41,713 nucleotides of DNA from Thermoplasmata archaeon (lineage in GTDB: Archaea > Thermoplasmatota > SW-10-69-26 > JACQPN01 > JAJPHT01): the NCBI GenBank assembly GCA_034667685.1, contig JAXDQU010000006.1, positions 1-41,713 of the forward strand. Reading direction: 5' to 3'. The notes below the pieces were generated by a model, which worked only from the letters and a program-made list of their open reading frames with translations, made no database searches and was not told where the DNA came from. The translations under genes and the position numbers were made by a program. Each line of letters opens with the position of its first letter. Position 1 is the stretch's first letter. This document shows positions 35,023 to 41,713 of this stretch, piece after piece.

Positions 35023-36299
35023 AGCTCCTCGCGACGGGAGAGCTGACGCGCCTCGCGCCCGACCTGCGCAAGAAGGTGCTGGAGCGCGGCGGCCCCGAGC
35101 CCGGGATCGCGCGTGATGTCACGGCGATCCGCGACGCCGTCCTGGCGCGCGGCGACGACGCCCTGCGCGAGCTGACCGAGCGCTTCGACGGCGCCAAGCT
35201 CGGGAGCCTGGAGGTCCCCCGCGCCGAGGCCGAAGCCGCGCTCGCCCGCCTCCCGCGCGACGTCGCCGACGCCCTCCGCGCCGCGCACGCCAACATCGCC
35301 CGCTTCCACCAGGCGCTTCTCCCCGGGCCCGTCGAGATCGAGGTCGTGCCCGGCCTGCGCGCCGGCCGCCGCCCGATCCCGCTCGCGCGCGTGGGCGCCT
35401 ACGTGCCCGGCGGCCGCGCCACCTACCCGAGCACCGTCCTGATGACCGCCACACCCGCGAAGGTCGCCGGCGTGCGCGAGGTCGTCGTCGCCACCCCGCC
35501 CGGACCCGACGGCAAGGTCCCCGACGCCACCCTCGCCGCCTGCGCCATCGCCGGCGTCGACCGCGTCTACCGGGTGGGCGGCGCGCAGGCGATCTTCGCG
35601 CTCGCGTTCGGCACCGCCACCATCCCGCGCGTGGACAAGATCGTCGGCCCCGGCAACGCCTGGGTCGCCGCCGCCAAGGCCGCGGTCGCCGCCCACGTCG
35701 CCATCGACGCGCCCGCTGGTCCCAGCGAGGTCCTCGTCCTCGCCGACGAGACGGCCGACCCCGCGCTCGTCGCCGCTGAAATGTTGGCCCAGGCCGAGCA
35801 CGACCCGCGCGCGGCGTGCGTCGCCCTCGTCGCCAACCCCGCCGAGGTCGAGAAGGCCATGGAGGCGCAGCTCGCCAACGCGCCGCGCCGTGATGTCATC
35901 GAGGCCTCGCTCGCCCGCGCCGGCGCCGTGCTATCATCCTCCCGCGAGGACGCGCTCGCCTTCGCGGACGCCTACGCGCCCGAGCACCTGGTGCTGCTCA
36001 CGCGCGCGCCGCGCGACGACCTCGCCCGCCTGTCCAGCTACGGCAGCGCGTTCCTCGGGCCCTGGAGCAGCGTCGCGTTCGGCGACTACGCGAGCGGGCC
36101 CAACCACGTGCTCCCCACGCTGGGCCTCGCGCGCGGCTACAGCGGCCTCTCGGTGGACGACTTCCTGCGCCGGCCCACGCACCAGGAGGCGACCGCCGCC
36201 GCGGCCCGGTTGCTATCGCCGCTCGCCGAGACGCTCGCGACCCTGGAAGGGCTGCCCGCGCATGCCGCCGCCGCGCGCCTGCGGAGGGAGCGCGCGTGA
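35019..36299 (+). CDS. hisD: Histidinol dehydrogenase
   Basis: GAYVPGG, YPSTVLM, VGGAQA, KIVGPGN, AGPSE, AQAEHD, APEHL, GDYASGPNHVLPT; ATGA overlap. Confidence 0.96.
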   Translation: MKLLATGELTRLAPDLRKKVLERGGPEPGIARDVTAIRDAVLARGDDALRELTERFDGAKLGSLEVPRAEAEAALARLPRDVADALRAAHANIARFHQALLPGPVEIEVVPGLRAGRRPIPLARVGAYVPGGRATYPSTVLMTATPAKVAGVREVVVATPPGPDGKVPDATLAACAIAGVDRVYRVGGAQAIFALAFGTATIPRVDKIVGPGNAWVAAAKAAVAAHVAIDAPAGPSEVLVLADETADPALVAAEMLAQAEHDPRAACVALVANPAEVEKAMEAQLANAPRRDVIEASLARAGAVLSSSREDALAFADAYAPEHLVLLTRAPRDDLARLSSYGSAFLGPWSSVAFGDYASGPNHVLPTLGLARGYSGLSVDDFLRRPTHQEATAAAARLLSPLAETLATLEGLPAHAAAARLRRERA

Positions 36300-37354
36300 G
36301 CCGCTTCGCGCGCCCCGAGGTGCAGCGCCTGCACGCCTACGAAGAAGAGGCCGGCGGCGGGCTCAACCTCATGGCGAACACGAACCTCTTCGGCCCCAAC
36401 CCCGCGATCGACGCGGCGCTCGTTCGCATGAAGGGGGGCCGCTTCAGCGAATACCCGACGCTCACGAGCGCTGGCCTGCGCGCCGCGCTCGGACAGAAGC
36501 TCGACGTGGACCCGGCGGGCATCGTCACGGGCAACGGCAGCAACGACCTCATCGACGTGCTCTGCCGCACCTTCCTCTCGCCCGGCGACCGCGTGGCCTA
36601 CCACTGGCCCTGCTTCAGCATGATCCCCGTCTTCCTGCGCCTCAACCACGGCGTGCCGGCCAGCGTGCCGCTCGGCCCCGACTGGGCGCTGGACCCGGAC
36701 GCGCTCGTCGCGGCCGACGGCAAGCTGACCTTCGTCGTCCGGCCCAACAACCCCACCGGCAACGCCTTCCCCCGCCGCGACGTGGAGCGCATCGTGGACG
36801 AAGCGCGCGGCGTCGTCGTCCTCGACGAGGCCTACGTGGAGTTCCTGGGCGGCGAGAGCTTCGTCAAGGAGGTGCGCGAGGGGCGCGACAACCTGATCGT
36901 GCTGCGCACGTTCAGCAAGGCCCACGGCATGGCCGGCCTGCGGGTGGGCTACAGCGTGAGCCACCCGGACCTCGCGCGGGAGATGACCAAGGTGCGCGGC
37001 CCCTTCCGCCTCGACACGCTCGCCGAGACCGCCGCCACCATCGCGCTCGCGGACGACCGCTACCTCGAAGGTGTCGTGGAGGGCGTGCGCGCCGAGAAGC
37101 CGAACCTCAAGCGCCTGCTCGAAGAGCGCGGCTTCCACGTCTTCCGCAGCGACGCGAACTTCCTCCTGGCCAAGCCCCCCGTCGAAGCCAAGCGCCTCGC
37201 CGCCGCGCTCGCCGAGCAGGGCGTCCACGTGCGCGACTTTGGTGCCGACCTGGCTCCGTATCTCCGGATCACGGTCGGGCCGCCCGCCGCCACCGCGCGG
37301 CTGCGCGTGGTCTTGGACGACGTCATTCCCAAGCTCCGGGAGGCGAGCGCATGA
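36296..37354 (+). CDS. hisC: Histidinol-phosphate aminotransferase
   Basis: GNGSND, PNNPTG, LDEAYVEF, RTFSKAHGMAGLRVG, SDANF, LRITVG. Confidence 0.94.
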   Translation: MSRFARPEVQRLHAYEEEAGGGLNLMANTNLFGPNPAIDAALVRMKGGRFSEYPTLTSAGLRAALGQKLDVDPAGIVTGNGSNDLIDVLCRTFLSPGDRVAYHWPCFSMIPVFLRLNHGVPASVPLGPDWALDPDALVAADGKLTFVVRPNNPTGNAFPRRDVERIVDEARGVVVLDEAYVEFLGGESFVKEVREGRDNLIVLRTFSKAHGMAGLRVGYSVSHPDLAREMTKVRGPFRLDTLAETAATIALADDRYLEGVVEGVRAEKPNLKRLLEERGFHVFRSDANFLLAKPPVEAKRLAAALAEQGVHVRDFGADLAPYLRITVGPPAATARLRVVLDDVIPKLREASA

Positions 37355-37962
37355 CCAGGCTCGACATCGCGATCCTGGACTACGGCGTGGGCAACCTCCA
37401 CAGCATCGCCAAGGCCCTCGAGCACGAAGGCGCCGCCCCCCGGCTCGTCTCCGACCCCAAGGCCATCCTGCACGCCCCGGCCATCGTTCTCCCTGGCGTG
37501 GGCGCGTTCGGGGACGCGGCGGCCAAGCTGATGCCGTACCGAGACGCCCTCTTCGAGGCGCTCGACGCCGGCAAGCCGCTCCTGGGCGTCTGCCTGGGGA
37601 TGCAGCTCCTCTTCGAGAAGAGCGAGGAGAGCCCCGGCGCCCGCGGCCTCGGCTACGTCCGGGGCGAGGTCAAGCGCCTCAAGCACGACAAGCTGCCGCA
37701 GATCGGCTGGAACACGCTCAACCACGTCGAGGGCGAGGCGCTCTTCGCGGGCCTCCCCGACGGCGCGCACGTCTACTACGTGAACAGCTTCGCCTGCGCC
37801 CCGCAGGAGCCGGTCACGATCGCCACGACGACCTACGGCGAGACCTTCACCGCCGCGATCCGAAAGCGCCATGCCTGGGGCGTCCAGTTCCATCCCGAGA
37901 AGTCGGGCGAGGCCGGCCTCTCCATCATCCGCAACTTCGTACGCACCGCCGAGGGGTCCTGA
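37351..37962 (+). CDS. hisH: Imidazole glycerol phosphate synthase, glutaminase subunit
   Basis: DYGVGNL, LPGVGAF, GVCLGMQ, PQIGWN, GVQFHPEKS. Confidence 0.95.
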   Translation: MTRLDIAILDYGVGNLHSIAKALEHEGAAPRLVSDPKAILHAPAIVLPGVGAFGDAAAKLMPYRDALFEALDAGKPLLGVCLGMQLLFEKSEESPGARGLGYVRGEVKRLKHDKLPQIGWNTLNHVEGEALFAGLPDGAHVYYVNSFACAPQEPVTIATTTYGETFTAAIRKRHAWGVQFHPEKSGEAGLSIIRNFVRTAEGS

Positions 37963-38688
37963 ATGGAAGTCATTCCCGCCATCGACATCCGCAACGGCGC
38001 CTGCGTCCAGCTCGTGGGCGGCGATCCCAACGTGGAGAAGGTGCACATCGACGACCCCGTCGCGCAGGCGCGCAAGTTCGTCGAGATGGGCGCCAAATGG
38101 ATCCACGTCGTGGACCTCGACCGCGCGCTGGGCACCGGCAACAACTTCCAGGTCATCAAGAAGATCCTGGAGGTGCCCGGCGCCCGCTTCCAGGTGGGCG
38201 GCGGCATCCGCTTCACCGAGGACATCGACGACCTCTTCGCGTGCAACGCCGCGCGCGTCGTCGTGGGCACCCGCGCCGTCACCGACGACAAGTGGTTCGC
38301 GCACGTCTGCGAGCGCTACGGCGACCGCGTCTACGCCGCCATCGACGCGCGCGGCGACGAGATCCTCATCAAGGGCTGGACCGAGAGCAGCGGCAAGAAG
38401 CTCCTCCCCTGGGCGCAGCAGGCCGACAAGCTCGGCGTGGGCGGCTTCCTCTACACCGACGTCGCGCTCGAAGGGCGCATGGGCGGCGTGAACGCCCCCG
38501 CCGTCGAGATGCTCGCGAAGAAGGTCGACGTGCCCGTCATCGCCTCGGGCGGCGTCTCCGGCATGGACGACCTGCAAGACCTCTGGGAGGCGCACGCCTG
38601 GGGCGTCGTCGTGGGCATGGCGGCCTACACGGGCAAGCTCGACGTCGCCGCCGCGATCCGGCGCTTCGCGCGCAAGGGCGGACGCTGA
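37963..38688 (+). CDS. hisA: ProFAR isomerase
   Basis: VIPAIDI..GACVQL, IHVVDLD, QVGGGIR, VVGT, IKGW, YTD...EG, IASGGV. Confidence 0.95.
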   Translation: MEVIPAIDIRNGACVQLVGGDPNVEKVHIDDPVAQARKFVEMGAKWIHVVDLDRALGTGNNFQVIKKILEVPGARFQVGGGIRFTEDIDDLFACNAARVVVGTRAVTDDKWFAHVCERYGDRVYAAIDARGDEILIKGWTESSGKKLLPWAQQADKLGVGGFLYTDVALEGRMGGVNAPAVEMLAKKVDVPVIASGGVSGMDDLQDLWEAHAWGVVVGMAAYTGKLDVAAAIRRFARKGGR

Positions 38689-39260
38689 TGGAGCGCGAGA
38701 CGAAGGAGACGCTCGTGCGCGCCGACGTGAAGCGTGGCGCCGGCAATGCGATGGTCTTCTTCGAGGGCGTCCACCACGGCAGCGAGCCCGGCAGCGGCGG
38801 AGGCAAGGTCACCTTCGCCAAGCACATGCTCGAAACGCTCGCCAAGTGGAGCGGCTACGACCTCGCGCTCCACGTCACGAGCAAGGACGGCCTGGAGCAC
38901 CACGCCATCGAGGACGCCGCCATCGTGCTGGGCCGCGCGCTGCGCGCCGCCATCGACACGGGCGCCATCCAGCGCACCGCCAGCGTGACGCTGCCCATGG
39001 ACGACGCGCTGGTCCTGGTGGCGCTCGACCTCGTGGAGCGCCCCTACTACGAAGGCCCCCTGCCCGATCCGCTGATGGACCACGTGATGCGCTCGCTCGC
39101 GACCGAGGGCGGCTTCACGCTCCACGTGCACGCGCTGCGCGGCCGCGACCCGCACCACGTCGTCGAGGCCGCGTTCAAGGGGCTCGCGCTCTGCCTGGCG
39201 CGGGCGACGGAGCCGCGGGCGGAGCGGTTGTCGACGAAGGGCGCGGCGGAGGTGCGCTGA
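38688..39260 (+). CDS. hisB: Imidazoleglycerol-phosphate dehydratase
   Basis: [43 protein letters not shown] overlap. Confidence 0.93.
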   Translation: MERETKETLVRADVKRGAGNAMVFFEGVHHGSEPGSGGGKVTFAKHMLETLAKWSGYDLALHVTSKDGLEHHAIEDAAIVLGRALRAAIDTGAIQRTASVTLPMDDALVLVALDLVERPYYEGPLPDPLMDHVMRSLATEGGFTLHVHALRGRDPHHVVEAAFKGLALCLARATEPRAERLSTKGAAEVR

Positions 39261-39266
39261 TGCTGG

Positions 39267-39359
39267 CGCGGCTCCGCATGCGACGACGCGACGAGCGCGA
39301 GGATCGCGACGAATCTCAAGGCCGTCGCGCCCGTCGCCTCGTCGCATGCGGCAGCCGCG
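39267..39359. repeat. CGACGACG-family palindrome between hisB and hisF
   Basis: 39275-39300 is identical to 4381-4406; arms CCGCATGCGACGA / TCGTCGCATGCGG. Confidence 0.88.
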
Positions 39360-39378
39360 AACCGCGGGGCGTGAACGC

Positions 39379-40140
39379 GTGCTGAAGAAGCGCATCGTCC
39401 CCTGCCTCGACGTCAAGGGCGGCCGCGTCGTCAAGGGCGTGAAGTTCGAGAACCTCCGCGACCTGGGCGACCCGGCCGAGTTGGCGGCGCGCTACTATGA
39501 CGAAGGCGCCGACGAGGTCGTCTTTCTTGATATCAGCGCGTCGAAGGACGAGCGGCGCACCACGCTGGACGTCGTGCGGCGCACCGCCGAGCGCCTCTTC
39601 ATCCCGCTCACGGTGGGCGGCGGCATCCGCAGCGTCGAGGACGTGCAGGACGCGCTCAACGCGGGCGCGGACAAGGTGAGCATGAACACGGCCGCGGTGC
39701 TGCGCCCCGACCTGATCGCGGAGGCCAGCAGGCGCTTCGGCGCGCAATGCGTCGTGCTCGCGATCGACGCGAAGCGCCAAGGCGACCGCTGGGAGGTCTT
39801 CACGCACGGCGGCTCGAAGGCCACGGGCCTCGACGCGGTGGCGTGGGCGAAGCGCGCCGCGGAGCTGGGCGCGGGCGAGATCCTCCTCACGAGCATGGAC
39901 CGCGACGGGACCGGGCAGGGCTACGACGTCGCCCTGACGCGCGCCGTCGCTGCGGCCGCGAACGTCCCCATCATCGCCTCCGGCGGCGCGGGCAAGCTGG
40001 CGGATTTCGCCGAGGCGCTGGCGCCAGGCGTGGCTGACGCGGCGCTCGCGGCCTCGCTTTTCCACGAGCGGACGCTCACCGTCCGCCAGGTGAAGGCGTA
40101 CCTCGCCGAGCGCGGCGTGCGCGTGCGGGAGGGGATCTGA
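39379..40140 (+). CDS. hisF: Imidazole glycerol phosphate synthase, cyclase subunit
   Basis: [72 protein letters not shown] start. Confidence 0.96.
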   Translation: MLKKRIVPCLDVKGGRVVKGVKFENLRDLGDPAELAARYYDEGADEVVFLDISASKDERRTTLDVVRRTAERLFIPLTVGGGIRSVEDVQDALNAGADKVSMNTAAVLRPDLIAEASRRFGAQCVVLAIDAKRQGDRWEVFTHGGSKATGLDAVAWAKRAAELGAGEILLTSMDRDGTGQGYDVALTRAVAAAANVPIIASGGAGKLADFAEALAPGVADAALAASLFHERTLTVRQVKAYLAERGVRVREGI

Positions 40141-40748
40141 TCGAGATCGACTGGCAGAAGGGCGGCGGCCTCGTCCCCGTCGTCGCGCAGGACGCGCTCA
40201 CCGGCGACGTGCTGATGCTCGCCTACATGGACCGCGAGGCGTACGACGCGACGCTGCGTACCGGCTTCGTGCACTACCACTCGCGCTCGCGCGGCCGCCT
40301 CTGGAAGAAGGGGGAGGAGAGCGGCCACGTGCAGGAGCTCGTCGCGCTGGAGATCGACTGCGACGGCGACGCGCTGCTCGCCAAGGTCCGCCAGACGGGC
40401 CCCGCGTGCCACACGGGCAAGCCGACGTGCTTCCACCATCGCGCGCACGGAACGGGCGACGTCGCGCTGCCCGAGCTTCTCCACGTCCTCGACGCGCGCA
40501 TCGCGCAGCCCGACCCGGCCTCGCACACGTCCAAGCTGCTCGCGTCCGAGAACCTGCGGCTCAAGAAGCTCACCGAGGAGGGCGGCGAGCTCATCATGGC
40601 CGCGAAGGACCACGACAAGGCGAAGGTCGCCGAGGAGACGGCCGACCTGCTCTACCACGCGCTCGTCGTCATGCGCGCCGAGGGCGTCGCGTGGCGCGAC
40701 GTGATGGAAGTCCTCGCCAAGCGCCGCGCGGGACCGCGCCGAGGCTGA
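40137..40748 (+). CDS. hisIE: Bifunctional PR-AMP cyclohydrolase / PR-ATP pyrophosphatase; probable CTG start
   Basis: [15 protein letters not shown]...VLMLAYM, SRSR..LW.KGEESGH, DCDGD, ACHTG..TCF, then [13 protein letters not shown]. Confidence 0.93.
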   Translation: MIEIDWQKGGGLVPVVAQDALTGDVLMLAYMDREAYDATLRTGFVHYHSRSRGRLWKKGEESGHVQELVALEIDCDGDALLAKVRQTGPACHTGKPTCFHHRAHGTGDVALPELLHVLDARIAQPDPASHTSKLLASENLRLKKLTEEGGELIMAAKDHDKAKVAEETADLLYHALVVMRAEGVAWRDVMEVLAKRRAGPRRG

Positions 40749-40754
40749 GCGCCG

Positions 40755-41518
40755 ATGCGCGCGCTCCTGCTCGTGGTCGCGCTTCTGGCGGGCTGCGCGT
40801 CCGCGCCGGCGCCCACGCCCGCGTCCACGGCGCAGCCCGTCGCCCACGAGGGCCCCGCGTTCGGCGTCGCGTTCACGCCTGCCGGGAACGACGTCGCGGG
40901 CTTCTTCCAGGAGGCGCCGCAGCTTGGGAGCGTCGTGCTCTGGGGCGGTCCGGCCGAGCAGTTGGGGCAGCAGAGCTTCGACGCGAACGGCTCCACCGCG
41001 GCGGCCGTCGCGTCCGCCAAACGATATCATCCCGCCGTCTCGCCGCGTGGTATCCGGACGCCTACGCCGCGGTGAAGGCCGCCTCGCCCGACACGAAGGT
41101 CTTCGTGACGTGGCAGCTCGAGCATCTGGAGGCCGCGGGTGCGTGGGACCTCCTTCCGCGCCTCGCGCCGCTCGACCTCGACGCGTTCACGACGTACCCC
41201 GCGATCGCGCTCGTGGACCCCTCGCGCCTGCCTCCGGGCTACTACGCCAACGCGACCGCGCACGCCACGGCGCCCGTCGCCTTCACCGAGGTGGGCCACT
41301 TCGCGGACGGGGCCTCCTCGCCCGCGCAGCAGGCCGCGTTCGTCGACGCGTTCTTCGCCGCCACCAACGCCACGCGCCCCGCGCTCGTGCTCTGGTTCGA
41401 GGTCCACGACCAACCCGACGTCTCGCCCGCGATCTTCCGCCACATGGGGCTCGTGGACGACGCGGGCCAGCGCAGGCCCGCGTGGGACGCGTGGCGCGCG
41501 CACGCGGGGGGCGCCTGA
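40755..41518 (+). pseudogene. Lipoprotein with glycoside-hydrolase-like TIM barrel, internally deleted and frameshifted near 41020-41040
   Basis: Lipobox LAGC in frame 40755-41075; AYAAVK..SPDTKVF, AFTTYP, PVAFTEVG, QAAF, GL.D..G..RPAW in another frame ending at 41518. Confidence 0.6.
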
Positions 41519-41699
41519 TGCGTTTCGCGGACGCCATCTCCGTCGCCGCGACGCCCGCGCAGGTCCGCGCCTGGTGGACCGACATCGACCCCGCGACGGT
41601 CGTGGGGCGCTGCCCTTCTACGCGCCGGTCGCGAAACGCCAGCTCATGGCGCGCTGGCGCGAGATGGCGGAGCCATGCGCAAAGGATTGCGCCACATGA
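41518..41699 (+). pseudogene. SRPBCC/START-like gene remnant with internal deletion
   Basis: TGATG-coupled start MRFADAISVAATPAQVRAWWTD; an amphipathic C-terminal helix (LPFYAPVAKRQLMARWREMAE) is in another frame. Confidence 0.4.
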
Positions 41700-41713
41700 T
41701 CGGCCGCGGGTGG

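Noticed and set aside
33585-36299. 904-aa HisD, 690-aa HisH, 729-aa HisB and extended MoaB/MoaD ORFs read as fusions
   Set aside because: The N-terminal parts overlap other real genes out of frame; true starts sit at stop/start overlaps or just after the upstream stop.
41010-41050. Programmed frameshift in the GH-like gene
   Set aside because: No slippery heptamer, and the joined product would still lack the central part of the barrel.
1-41713. tRNA, rRNA, integrase, transposase or reverse transcriptase genes
   Set aside because: None recognised; intergenic gaps are short and mostly explained by palindromes or promoters. No covariance-model search was run.

Overview
This is a GC-rich archaeal chromosome segment. 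CarS, S6e, aIF2-gamma, PGF-CTERM anchors and leaderless genes mark it as archaeal; Thermoplasmatota is my inference. In order it holds: rps6e/aIF2-gamma/PIN-nuclease operon, pgk, small membrane and Zn-ribbon genes, a ~17 kb island of extracellular proteins, moaD-moaE/moaC/moaB, an exported FKBP-like foldase, carS, a secreted phosphoesterase with two expansin-like domains, a ThiS/SAMP-like gene with moeB-rhodanese, a cupredoxin and His-rich repeat lipoprotein operon, a hisG-D-C-H-A-B-F-IE operon, and two internally deleted genes at the end. The island contains a 3219-aa double-Kelch/FN3/beta-repeat protein, a lipoprotein with a circularly permuted cupredoxin, a sortase-type anchored protein and two 12-Cys secreted paralogues. 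No rRNA, tRNA, CRISPR array or transposase was recognised. The most unusual signals are: (i) a family of intergenic palindromes built from different 6-9 nt tandem units, one nested in another and one inserted at the hisF start with a bridging ORF that may keep translational coupling; (ii) a candidate leaderless His-His leader peptide before hisG; (iii) the permuted cupredoxin; (iv) probable CUG starts; (v) the extracellular island. All family calls come from reading motifs by eye; no database searches were run.
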